Source: Candidatus Bathyarchaeota archaeon
GTDB lineage: Archaea; Thermoproteota; Bathyarchaeia; Bathyarchaeales; Bathycorpusculaceae
DNA length: 64,000 nt
Direction of reading: 5' to 3'
Assembly (NCBI GenBank): GCA_963833575.1
Contig: CAWHXY010000004.1
Coordinates: forward strand, 768,001 to 832,000
Shown piece by piece: positions 28,639 through 38,420 of the stretch. Each line of letters begins with the position of its first letter. Position 1 is the stretch's first letter. The position numbers and the translations under genes are program-made. The notes under the pieces were generated by a model. That model was not told the origin of the DNA and did no database searches. It was given only the letters and a program-made list of their open reading frames with translations.

Positions 28639-29529
28639 TTAAGTTGGTTTTGGAGAAACACTTGATTTGATGAATGTACCTGATTCAAGTTCTTCAAAAG
28701 CTTTCTCTAATTCTTCCTCAGTGTTCATAACGATAGGACCTCTCCAAGCAACAGGCTCATTCAATAGTTCACCTGAAATAAATAGAAAGCGGCTGTCACT
28801 GCATGAGGTAATTTTGACCAGATCACCTTCACCCAAAACTGCACACTGTCCCTGCGTTACATGTTTGCCTAAAATTTCAATTGATCCCTCGACAACGTAA
28901 GCAAATACTGTGTACTTTTTGGGAGTCGCATGCTCGAATTTTTTTCCAGCTGCCAATTCTATATCAAAGTATTCTATGTCTACTGCCAAATCTTGAACTG
29001 GCCCTTTTGTTCCATCTACTTTTCCTGCTATGACCTTGATTTTTGACCCATCTTTTTGGAATATTGGACTTTGCTGTTTTTCTATTCCTCGATATTTTGG
29101 GTCGGTCATTTTTTTCTTTGCAGGCAAATTTACCCACAGTTGAAAGCCCTGCATCAAACCATTGTATTTTTTGGGCATTTCTTGATGGATAACGCCTGAA
29201 CCAGCAGTCATCCATTGCACATCTCCAGATTTGATAACGCCCTCATTGCCCATGCTGTCGCCATGTTCAACTTCGCCAGTCCACATGTAAGTAACTGTTT
29301 CCATTCCTCTATGAGGGTGCCAAGGAAAACCTTTAATGTAATCGTTAGGATCGTCAGATCCAAAATGGTCTAAAAGCAAGAAAGGGTCAAGAGTAGAGTT
29401 TTCGTCGTTTCCCAGCACTCGTTTAAGTTTGACGCCTGCCCCTTCCATGGTTACTTGACGTTCTAAAATCTTTTCCACTTTTCTTTCCACAAAAATACCT
29501 GCCTTCCATTTTTGTCTTGATTGTTTCAT
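28639..29529 (-). CDS. Pirin family protein
   Basis: DPFLLLDHF, GFPWHPHRGMETVTY, QWMTAGSGVIHQE and GPIVMNT motifs; start may be ~29490. Confidence 0.93.
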   Translation of the reverse strand: MKQSRQKWKAGIFVERKVEKILERQVTMEGAGVKLKRVLGNDENSTLDPFLLLDHFGSDDPNDYIKGFPWHPHRGMETVTYMWTGEVEHGDSMGNEGVIKSGDVQWMTAGSGVIHQEMPKKYNGLMQGFQLWVNLPAKKKMTDPKYRGIEKQQSPIFQKDGSKIKVIAGKVDGTKGPVQDLAVDIEYFDIELAAGKKFEHATPKKYTVFAYVVEGSIEILGKHVTQGQCAVLGEGDLVKITSCSDSRFLFISGELLNEPVAWRGPIVMNTEEELEKAFEELESGTFIKSSVSPKPT

Positions 29530-29757
29530 AGGTGATTAAGAGTGTGCATTAGCTCAACTGTTGTTTAGCACCTATAAAATCACCAATAATATCACGTTTA
29601 AAAGCCAATATAAATCTTAAGGGACACAGTAGGACCATCAGTCACGTTTCAGTAGTTTTTTCACTTTCAGTTGTCCCCCTACTGCTATGAGATGTCGTTT
29701 CTAAGCTTGATTTTTAAGCAATGTCAGTGATATGGCGATTCCCACGGGGGATATTAA

Positions 29758-30237
29758 TTGGCTGATATGGATTATTTGAAATTGATTTGGTATACTGATT
29801 TCCTTGGTGTTGGTTATGCATACGAGCAGAAAGGTTGGCTAGTATTTCCTATTTTTAGTAGTCCCTCAAACGCAAAAAAGATCTGGAATAACCAGATAGA
29901 GCCTTTAGAGGATCAAACGCTTAAAATGCGATTCATCGAGCATGGAAGCGAATACAAATTCGTTTGCTATCCTTTCTCTTTTCAGAAGGACAAGTTGAAT
30001 TTTGGATTTTACCGAAGCATAAATTCATCAGGGGCTTATAACAAATTTAAGAGAAGCTTCTTTGGCAAGGTTTCTTTTGCTTTTGCTACAATTGGAGATG
30101 GAATTAGACCCAACATTTTTAACAAAACCAGACAAGTTTCCGATGTTAAATTCGTGAAAAACACGGATGTTTTGGAAAATTCAGTAGAATGGTTTGCAGA
30201 GAAGTCACAGCAAAAAAGGATGGAAACTAATAATTGA
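29758..30237 (+). CDS. Hypothetical protein
   Basis: 159-aa ORF, no recognised motif. Confidence 0.55.
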   Translation: MADMDYLKLIWYTDFLGVGYAYEQKGWLVFPIFSSPSNAKKIWNNQIEPLEDQTLKMRFIEHGSEYKFVCYPFSFQKDKLNFGFYRSINSSGAYNKFKRSFFGKVSFAFATIGDGIRPNIFNKTRQVSDVKFVKNTDVLENSVEWFAEKSQQKRMETNN

Positions 30238-30301
30238 CAAAAGGTAAGCCTTGGTAATTATCGAGCGCTTGAAGCTGAACTTTTAGAGTGGAGAAACAAG
30301 T

Positions 30302-31754
30302 ATGAGGCACTTGCCAAGAAGTCCCAGGACACATGAGGCTAGAACTTTCAGGCCGGATCGGTTATTCTCTGAACGCGCGCAACTGCTCAAAGATATTGCC
30401 ACTGTTGAAGCTATTGCTAGGCGGAAAATTAAATCTGAAACTGGCGATATTGCTAAATTTCTGGTTGATTACTGCAAACTTAAGCCGTACAAGCATACAC
30501 TTGACATTGCCAAATTGTATTCTGATTATCAATTCATGGCTTTACGTTTTCCTAGGCAGACTGACAAGAGCACTACCGTTGGCGCTTTGATTTTGCAGGA
30601 TGCTTGGGAACATCCGGATCTCTACATTGGATTTGTTGGACCAAGCTGGCGCCAAACTAAACTCAATGTTCGGCGGGTGGCTGGTTTTTGCCGAAATCTT
30701 CCTTCGCAAGGACTTCATGTTCAGAGAACAAGAATAACCCTTCCAAATGGCAGTGTGATTGAGGCTTTCCCAAATAACGCTGACACAATAAGAGGCAACA
30801 CTTTTGACAGGTTATGGTGGGATGAAACCAACTTCACACCCAACGATGAAGACCTGTACGATGCAATCTTGTTCACAATGAGCACCAAAAAAAGAGGCAA
30901 AACTAATTGCAACCAGCACACCTTTCAATTCTGATTCTCTGTTTTGGAAAATGTGCAACCACGATGACTTTGCAGATTTCGGGCGATACAACATTTCTTG
31001 GGAGCAAGCTATCGAACCAAATGGTCCACTAAGTACAACAATAATTGAAAAAATAAAGCGGCAGTTTAGTAATGACTCGGCGAGGTGGCGCCGCGAAATG
31101 GAAGCTGAATGGGCAGACGACGAAGACGTCTGGCTAACCCAAAGCCTCATCGTAAGCTGCATCGACAGCACACTAATCCCCTACGACTTCCACAGCACTC
31201 CACTGCGCAGCGAATTTTACATCGGCGTTGACTTTGGCAAAGAACGCGACTACAGCATAGTAGTTGTAGTTGAAAAGATAGGCCATATCGTGAGGGTGGT
31301 TCACGTTCACCGCTTCCCCCTACATTCAGAGTACGCAAGTGTCATCGGTTACGTTAAAAGCCTACAAGACCGTTGGAAAGGCATTGAGTCTGTTTATGCA
31401 GACGTTACAGGAGTTGGAAACTACATTGTTGAAGACATGTTCCGCAGCGGCATTGAGGGAATAAATGGCATAACTTTTACAGTTCAATCCAAAGAAGAAA
31501 TGGCCAATATCCTTCGAGAAAAGATGCGAGCTGGCGAAATAAAAATTCCATATGTACCCGCAAGAAAGCTGGGAGACATCGACTTAACATCAGAGTTAAA
31601 CGTTGAAAGGTACGAGCTCATGAAAACTGGACACTTAGGATTTAGCCACCCTGAAGGAACACATGACGATGTCTTCTGGAGTATAGCCCTTGCAGTTCTA
31701 GGTTCAGTTAGAACACCAATGCCGGGTATAGGCGTTGGTTTTATTCCGCATTAA
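30302..31754 (+). pseudogene. Phage terminase large subunit, frameshifted
   Basis: PRQTDKST (Walker A with G>D), IRGNTFDRLWWDE, then a one-base shift in A-runs at 30887-30902 into LIATSTPF; nuclease motifs GVDFG, ADVTGVG and HDDVFWSIALA. Confidence 0.85.
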
Positions 31755-31828
31755 TTCTATTCAATAGAACAATAGAGCCTTCCAGAAATCATTAGTTCAT
31801 ATCAGAAATCAAAGCAAAAAGGCGTAAT

Positions 31829-31854
31829 AGTGCCGGGGAAGGATTCAAACCCCC
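31829..31854 (-). mobile_element. Degenerate tRNA 3'-end fragment (att-like scar)
   Basis: Minus strand GGGGGTTTGAATCCTTCCCCGGCACT resembles a T-arm + acceptor 3' strand; no 5' half present; 75 bp after the terminase. Confidence 0.55.
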
Positions 31855-31980
31855 AATTTAACAGTAAATAGATAGTAAGGCGAGTCCAACTGGCTAACGA
31901 TAGTTACTCAAACTTCAAAATAACTAAAGAAGAGTGTAACAGCATTCAGTCCTCTAAAAAGCATTGGAGCAAAAGAAAAT

Positions 31981-32090
31981 GGGCTGAGTAGGCTCTGGTT
32001 AATATTCACGATACAAGCCATAGTTTCGTGGTGACGCATTTGCATTTGCGTTTTTCTCCTATATTCTGTGCCGGAGCCTCAGCAAACCCT
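31981..32090 (+). ncRNA. Structured repeat element E1 (BHB-like closing stem)
   Basis: GGGCTGAGTAGGCTCTGG...TTTTCTCCT...CCGGAGCCTCAGCAAACCCT; homologous to E2 and E3. Confidence 0.65.
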
Positions 32091-32174
32091 GTAGAAGAGC
32101 GCTAAATTGTGGTTGCAGTTGTGCAGTCACAGAGTCTTATAGGCATGCTTTTACAAAATTAAGATCGGTGTTTT

Positions 32175-32462
32175 ATGTTGGAAAAAAGTATGATGAAATA
32201 TCAAGTTATGATCAAAACGATTTCGGGAAAAGGCGGCGAGTTCTGGGAGGCGTTCCAAAAGATGCCTACCGATCCAATGAAGGGAGTAATGATAGAATCT
32301 TCATGGAGCCTATTCGGATACTGGGATTTCGTCATTTTCTTCAAAGCCGACAGCAATGAAAACAGCCTGCACTTCGTTGGCGAGGTCTTGCGAAAGATAC
32401 CTGGCATAGCTGAAACAAGCACTTCACCGATGACTATGCTAAAAGAACACAAAATGATGTAG
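32175..32462 (+). CDS. Stand-alone Lrp/AsnC ligand-binding (GYD-like) domain protein
   Basis: WSLFGYWDFV...LRKIPGIAETSTS. Confidence 0.7.
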   Translation: MLEKSMMKYQVMIKTISGKGGEFWEAFQKMPTDPMKGVMIESSWSLFGYWDFVIFFKADSNENSLHFVGEVLRKIPGIAETSTSPMTMLKEHKMM

Positions 32463-32777
32463 ACCCCTTCTGTCTTGTTTCCTTATTCTTTTTCTTTTTC
32501 GTTATTCCAAACCCGTTTTTTTAACCGCAATTCAAAAGAAAAAAAATCTAATTCTAATGCTCGCAAGTTTGATCTTAAATCTTTAGACGGAAAATAAATC
32601 GCCACCTTTAATCAAATCTAACAAATATGCCTGAAGAATTAAAATACATCAAATATCTGTTTCAAAAAAATGAAAACAGCAAAAAGAAAGTCAGCTTCAG
32701 ATACGGTCAAATTAATAATAACTCTCATGTAAAAAATGAGAATTAATTAATCTGAAAGAGATAACTGAGGAAAACAA

Positions 32778-33284
32778 ATGTTTAGAAATCCGGAAGAAAT
32801 GCGGAGACGGCTAAACGAAATAGTGGAAAAGTTTCGCCAAAAAGGAGCTACATCTCCAGAAAGAGCTCTGACCATTCAAGAATTGGGTTTGCCGCCCCGT
32901 TTCGAACAAGCCATGCATCGCAGGCTAGGTCAAACGGGAATTATTGTGGAAATAAACAACAAGTATTATCTAAATGAAGATCGGCTAAAACAAATTCAGG
33001 AACAAAGGTCCAATTCAGCCTCTGGTGGCTACGGCGGTGGGAACAGGCAGCAGCCTCCGTCATGGCTACGTTACGCTGGAATTTTGCTTATGTTACCTAT
33101 CGGCCTAATTGTCGTGGTCGTGCTATACTTCCTTTTTGCAAACACTGGAGCAGGATTTTACCAAGGAGAACTTCTAATCATACTTCTGGTTATCTTGTTA
33201 GCCGTGTTTGCTGCTCGAATGCTATTTTGGCGATCACGAAGAAGATATTGGCGTCAATACGGGCAAAACAATTATCCACAATAA
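32778..33284 (+). CDS. Hypothetical protein: wHTH-like N-terminus + two C-terminal TM helices
   Basis: GATSPERALTIQELGL...GIIVEINNKYYL, Gly-rich linker, two hydrophobic segments. Confidence 0.7.
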   Translation: MFRNPEEMRRRLNEIVEKFRQKGATSPERALTIQELGLPPRFEQAMHRRLGQTGIIVEINNKYYLNEDRLKQIQEQRSNSASGGYGGGNRQQPPSWLRYAGILLMLPIGLIVVVVLYFLFANTGAGFYQGELLIILLVILLAVFAARMLFWRSRRRYWRQYGQNNYPQ

Positions 33285-33553
33285 CATTCCCTCTATATTG
33301 AAAATAATCTTTTGTTTCATTCTTTTCAGTAGATTAGGCTCTTAGAAATATTATTTTGTTAGTATTTCAGAGTCAAAAATCAGAAGAAATTTTGTTCTGA
33401 AGGAAAGGACAAAGAAAAACCTCAAAGGCGTGTGGGGGGGCCAAAGAAAGAGTTTTTTTGAAAAGACGAAAAGGTACCAAAAAGTAAGTCCTAAATCTAT
33501 ATATTGGTGTTGTTCAGAATGTTTTGATTAGAACTATAACTATTGGTGAGCAA

Positions 33554-33949
33554 ATGAGTAAACCAGTCGATGTCGGAGAATTACGCGTTGGCGGCTACAT
33601 GATGATTGAAGGCGAACCATGCCGCATAGTCGACATTGCCAAATCTAAACCAGGAAAACACGGATCAGCCAAAGCAAGAATTGTCGCAATCGGCGTCTTT
33701 GATAAACAAAAGAGACAATTCGTAAAACCAGTTGATCTTGGCGCTGAGGTACCTATAATTGATAAAAGGGCAGGACAAGTTTTCGCAGTTAATCCAACAG
33801 GCATTCAAATTATGGACTTGGAAACCTACGAGTACCTAGATGCTCCGTTTCCAGAAGAAGATGAGGTTCCTAAAGCCAAGCTTACTCCAGGCACAGAAAT
33901 TGAGTACTGGAGAATTCTGGGCAGAGTAAAGATCGTTAGAGCAAAATAA
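33554..33949 (+). CDS. eif5a: Translation factor aIF-5A
   Basis: Hypusine motif SKPGKHGSAK; ATG at 33554 after GGTGA SD. Confidence 0.95.
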   Translation: MSKPVDVGELRVGGYMMIEGEPCRIVDIAKSKPGKHGSAKARIVAIGVFDKQKRQFVKPVDLGAEVPIIDKRAGQVFAVNPTGIQIMDLETYEYLDAPFPEEDEVPKAKLTPGTEIEYWRILGRVKIVRAK

Positions 33950-34190
33950 TAGATTATTTAACTTCCAACTTTTCCCTTATATTGATTATTTTTAACTATA
34001 ATTTAGTGCAAAAAAAGGATTGCGGTGGTGTCTCCATTAGGGGAGAGTTCAAAACCCTCACTGCATCAAATATTAAGCAAACATTATTGACTGAACATAA
34101 TTTGCTTTCACGCAAGAGAAATAGCGGAATTACAATATCGTACTTGCCTGCTTCGGGTGAGGGTTGTCCCCTGTAAACTAGTGAGGCTTG

Positions 34191-34472
34191 TTACAGGTAG
34201 GTAAGTCCCATGCGTTTCATGAAATCAAGGATCTTTTCGTACTCCCGGAGATATTGTTTACCTTTTTCAGTAAGTTTAAGCGACGTTTCATCCTCAATAA
34301 AACCAAGCTCTTTAAGTTCTGTTATGTAGCTTTTTAGCCGATCAAAGGGAACGTTTATTCGCACTTGAATATGCGTTAGAACGACTCTTTCTCTTTCACT
34401 ATCTTGGCTTTTCAGCGCTGACAAAAGATCCCCGTATATCTTCATCTTGTCTCTGCGAGGAATTGTCTTCAT
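34191..34472 (-). CDS. Small winged-helix transcription regulator
   Basis: RRDKMKIYGDLL...LTHIQVRINVPFDRLKSYITELKELGFI...LTEKGKQYL. Confidence 0.85.
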   Translation of the reverse strand: MKTIPRRDKMKIYGDLLSALKSQDSERERVVLTHIQVRINVPFDRLKSYITELKELGFIEDETSLKLTEKGKQYLREYEKILDFMKRMGLTYL

Positions 34473-34473
34473 T

Positions 34474-35169
34474 TTATCCCCTTTCTTTGTCTGAACTGTA
34501 GAAGGTTCGATAGCTGACAAAAAGAAAGATAGCTAAACCTACAAAAGTAGTAACCAAGGATCCCACAAATGCCGAAAAGCTTGAATCAATATACCAAAAG
34601 AGTAACGTGTATTGACCTATTGCAAGAAAAATAAAACCGAAAGGAATCCAAATCGTGGTTGGATCGAGATTCTTGACATGACTTCGGAGCGTGTAGATTG
34701 AAATATAGGCGAGACAGATTACATTGAAAATCCTCAGGTACACATTAGCTTGCGAGTAACCTTCGAAAGCAAATTGTGGAGCAACAAAAGCAAGTAGAAA
34801 TGAAATGGCGACCGCAATAATTAACAGACTAATAGTTGTCTCTCCTAACAGCTTGCTACTGTTTGATTTCCTGTTTGAAAATAAGTATGTAGTTGCAAGG
34901 AATACAAACGCAAATGTTCTTGTTAGTTGTGGAAGCCACATTAATTTAGGGTCAAACCCTAGCGGGGAGTATGCTAGGGCTGCAAGAGCGTTTGATATTC
35001 CCAGAAAAGCAAATCCGAGCGGTAAACCTAGGTAACTTCCCTCCCTAGTCAGTTTATACGGTTTTGCCATGAACCTTACAATAACAAAACAAAGAATTGT
35101 CGCGACAACCTCTACTATCATCCGCTCTGTGGGATACATGTTAGCAGACATAGTGCTCAACTTATGCAT
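34474..35169 (-). CDS. 7-TM membrane protein, possible sensor
   Basis: Seven hydrophobic segments; stop 1 nt before the wHTH start, suggesting an operon. Confidence 0.75.
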   Translation of the reverse strand: MHKLSTMSANMYPTERMIVEVVATILCFVIVRFMAKPYKLTREGSYLGLPLGFAFLGISNALAALAYSPLGFDPKLMWLPQLTRTFAFVFLATTYLFSNRKSNSSKLLGETTISLLIIAVAISFLLAFVAPQFAFEGYSQANVYLRIFNVICLAYISIYTLRSHVKNLDPTTIWIPFGFIFLAIGQYTLLFWYIDSSFSAFVGSLVTTFVGLAIFLFVSYRTFYSSDKERG

Positions 35170-35253
35170 TCTTTCTATAAGATATTTTCTCTTATTTCGA
35201 TAATTAGTCTAAAACCAACACGTTTGGTTGTAATTAAAAAAAGTTTATCATTT

Positions 35254-35292
35254 TTTTGTATTCACGATACGTGAGTGAGTCTTATTAGCTGT
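35254..35292 (+). promoter_or_regulatory. Conserved promoter block with TCAC-N5-GTGA palindrome and TATA
   Basis: 34/39 identical to 38421-38459. Confidence 0.7.
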
Positions 35293-35333
35293 TCTCGTCA
35301 GTGAAGGGTACTATGAATTTAGGAGAAAAAAAC

Positions 35334-38078
35334 ATGAAAAATTTAAGACTCAAGATATTTTCGATGATGGCTTTGTTTCTAATGCTATCTTTTGTAATTC
35401 CCTTTATGGTTACACCAATGGCTAGCGCACATACACCGGCATACCAAATTCCAACTTATGCTTTCTGTAATGTTGCGCCTAACCCTGCAGGTGTTGGACA
35501 GTCTGTTAACGTTGGCTTCTGGCTCGGTCTACCCCCACCTACGGCAGGAACTATTTACGGTGACAAATGGACTGGCATGACAGTCAAAGTTACCAAACCA
35601 GACAAAAGCACTGAGACCTTAGGACCATTTACATCCGACGACACAGGCGGATCACACACCGAATATACTCCCAGCCAACTGGGCAATTATACATTCCAAA
35701 TGAGCTATCTTGGACAAACATTAACGGGCGCTAATCCCCCACCTACCGGTTATTCTGCCGCAATAGCTGCATTCATCAATGATTCCTATCTACCTAGCAC
35801 CAGCAACATAGCAACTCTAACAGTGCAGCAAGAACCCGTTCCTGCTATTCCTCAAACTCCACTTCCAACAAACTACTGGACCCGCCCAATAGAATCAGTC
35901 AATGATTATTGGTACAGCATTAGCGGAAACTGGCTTGGACTAGGTGTACTATTTAGTGCTAATACTGGAATGTATAACGCAACAGGAAACTACAATCCTT
36001 ACACTACGGCGCCTACAACGGCTCACATCATGTGGACAAAACCTGAGACTTTCGGAGGCTTAATCGGTGGAGAATTCGGTGGGAGCGATACAAGCAATTA
36101 CTACTCAACCAGACAGTATGAGAGAATGTTCCAGCCAATAATTATGAACGGTGTTCTCTATTACGAACAATATCCGGGAAGCTCGAATAATCCCACAGGA
36201 TGGATTGCAGTCAACTTGAAGACAGGACAAACAATTTGGACTAACAATGCCCAAAACTTAGGCGGTGGTTCCCCAGCACAAAGCGCCTTAACTTCAACCG
36301 GCTTAGTTACGTCTCTACGCTGTGGTCAAACACTCAACTATATAACGCCAAACCAATATGGAGCCTTAGCATACCTATGGAGCACAGGAACGCCAATCGG
36401 AATCAATGCTGCAGCAGGAACAACAACATGGAATATGTTTGACGCCGTAACAGGGCAATACATTCTCAGCGTCGTCAACGGCAGTTCAATGGGCAACCTC
36501 CTTGAAGATAATGGAGGAGACTTAATCGGCTACTATACCAACGCTACTGTTGGCACACAAATAGTCAATGGGCAACGTGTCACTAATCCTTCCGGTGGAG
36601 CAATGTTAGAATGCTGGAACTCAACACAATGTATTATTGCTGGAACCAACGGCGCAGCAGCTTGGATGTGGAGACCCACACAAAACGGTCAAATACCCTT
36701 TGGTCTCGGGTTAATGTGGGCGCAACCATTAGCTACTAACATTTCAGGTGTCCCTCTGCCTTATTCTACAATCGCAGCTGTGTCTAGCGCAACTCTTTCA
36801 CTCCCTGCTGGAGCCTACACAACCGGCGGTGCCCAACCGAATAGTGGCGTGCTATTTTTGAGTTCAGTAGCAACAACCGGCGCTTCAAGCTATAACGCGG
36901 GATTCATCATTGAAGCTGGCTACAGTTCTGACACTGGTCAACAACTATGGATAGTTAACAGGACAGAAACACCATATACCAGAGTAGACTTCTCACAAAC
37001 TTCAAACGGCATCTTCGTAGAAATCAACCAGGATACAGCTGCATACACAGGCTACAGCATTATAACAGGTCAACAACTATGGGGACCATTCACACTTCCT
37101 AATGCGAACGCATACAACAGCATCGGCAGCTATTACGGCCAAGTCGCTAACGGCACACTGTATCTGAGCAGTTTTGGAGGAGACATATATAAAATTAATA
37201 TTCAGACAGGAGCGATCATCTGGCAAACAAACACCAACGCACTCTCAGGTCCCGCTGGCTCTGACACTCCCTATGGAGTTTGGCCAATGTGGCAATTCGG
37301 AAACCCAGGAGCAATCGCAGACGGAATGCTATTCCTCGGCGAAGGCCATGAGTACAGCCCACCGCTATTTCGTGGAGCAAACCTCATTGCAGTTAACCTA
37401 ACCACTGGACAGCTCGTATGGGAAGATATGGCTTTTGATGTAGACGGCGGCACAGCGATCTCCGATCAAGTACTGGTGGCTGAAAGCGCATATGACAACC
37501 AAATCTACGCTTATGGCACAGGACCAACTGCTATCACCGTTGATGCACCTAGCGTCGGCGTAACAACATCTACACCTGTAACAATACGCGGAACACTGAC
37601 AGACATATCTGCAGGCTCAAAGCAGGAAGCAGTTGCAGCAAACTTCCCACAAGGCCTTCCATGCGTTTCTGACCAAAGCATGACCCAATGGATGGAATAC
37701 GTCTACCAACAACAACCCATGCCTACTAACGTAACAGGTGTCCCCATCACTCTATCAGTCACAGACTCAAACGGCAACTGCTACAACATAGGTACCACAA
37801 GCACTGATGCAAAGGGCTTCTATAGCTTCAATTGGACACCCACAATCTCAGGCAGCTTCACAGTAACAGCAACCTTCGCTGGAACACAATCATATTATGG
37901 ATCATCAGCAGATACCGCCTTCTACGCAAGCCCCGTAACAACAGCAACTTCTACGCCCGCTCCAGTAACAGCTAACTATGCAACAACAACCGACTTCATG
38001 ATAGGAATAACTGCAATCATTGTAGTAGTCATTGTTTGCGTAGCAATAGCAATAGTGATGCTAAGAAAACGACCATAA
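35334..38078 (+). CDS. Large secreted, C-terminally membrane-anchored protein with Ig-like and PQQ-like beta-propeller regions (paralog 1)
   Basis: Signal peptide ending ASA/HTP, repeated AxxxxTGxxxW motifs, Thr-rich linker, TM + RKRP; SD AGGAG before ATG 35334. Confidence 0.85.
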   Translation: MKNLRLKIFSMMALFLMLSFVIPFMVTPMASAHTPAYQIPTYAFCNVAPNPAGVGQSVNVGFWLGLPPPTAGTIYGDKWTGMTVKVTKPDKSTETLGPFTSDDTGGSHTEYTPSQLGNYTFQMSYLGQTLTGANPPPTGYSAAIAAFINDSYLPSTSNIATLTVQQEPVPAIPQTPLPTNYWTRPIESVNDYWYSISGNWLGLGVLFSANTGMYNATGNYNPYTTAPTTAHIMWTKPETFGGLIGGEFGGSDTSNYYSTRQYERMFQPIIMNGVLYYEQYPGSSNNPTGWIAVNLKTGQTIWTNNAQNLGGGSPAQSALTSTGLVTSLRCGQTLNYITPNQYGALAYLWSTGTPIGINAAAGTTTWNMFDAVTGQYILSVVNGSSMGNLLEDNGGDLIGYYTNATVGTQIVNGQRVTNPSGGAMLECWNSTQCIIAGTNGAAAWMWRPTQNGQIPFGLGLMWAQPLATNISGVPLPYSTIAAVSSATLSLPAGAYTTGGAQPNSGVLFLSSVATTGASSYNAGFIIEAGYSSDTGQQLWIVNRTETPYTRVDFSQTSNGIFVEINQDTAAYTGYSIITGQQLWGPFTLPNANAYNSIGSYYGQVANGTLYLSSFGGDIYKINIQTGAIIWQTNTNALSGPAGSDTPYGVWPMWQFGNPGAIADGMLFLGEGHEYSPPLFRGANLIAVNLTTGQLVWEDMAFDVDGGTAISDQVLVAESAYDNQIYAYGTGPTAITVDAPSVGVTTSTPVTIRGTLTDISAGSKQEAVAANFPQGLPCVSDQSMTQWMEYVYQQQPMPTNVTGVPITLSVTDSNGNCYNIGTTSTDAKGFYSFNWTPTISGSFTVTATFAGTQSYYGSSADTAFYASPVTTATSTPAPVTANYATTTDFMIGITAIIVVVIVCVAIAIVMLRKRP

Positions 38079-38100
38079 GATGAACCCAACGAAAACCACT

Positions 38101-38117
38101 ATCCCTTTCCCTTTTTT
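38101..38117 (+). terminator. Pyrimidine/T-tract terminator
   Basis: CCCTTTCCCTTTTTT after the stop; similar tract at 41530-41548 after paralog 2. Confidence 0.5.
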
Positions 38118-38141
38118 AGTCAAACTTTAGGTAGATTAATA

Positions 38142-38253
38142 AGGGCTGAGAAGGCTCTGGCTGAAATTCATGAAAATAGCCATAGTTTCGTGATGCATTG
38201 ACATTTTTCTTTTCTCCTAAAGAAGAAAATGTGCCAGAGTCTCAGCAAACCCT
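38142..38253 (+). ncRNA. Structured repeat element E2
   Basis: AGGGCTGAGAAGGCTCTGG...TTTTCTCCT...CCAGAGTCTCAGCAAACCCT. Confidence 0.65.
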
Positions 38254-38420
38254 GTTCTGTTCTGCGCATTCAAAAATTGATTACTCAGCCACGATTTTGA
38301 ACTTGGAATAATTCAAGTCTTTATAGATTCCAGACCCAATTGTTGCGGATTCATTAAATTTTTCTCAATTGATATTAGCTGTGAGTGTCATTGTTTGTTT
38401 TTTTTTAAATGGACAACTTA

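Noticed and set aside
31829-31854. Functional tRNA gene
   Set aside because: Only a degenerate 3' portion is present
31981-32090. E elements as MITEs
   Set aside because: No target-site duplication seen, ends are an interrupted stem with conserved asymmetric bulges, and there is no transposase nearby; not fully excluded
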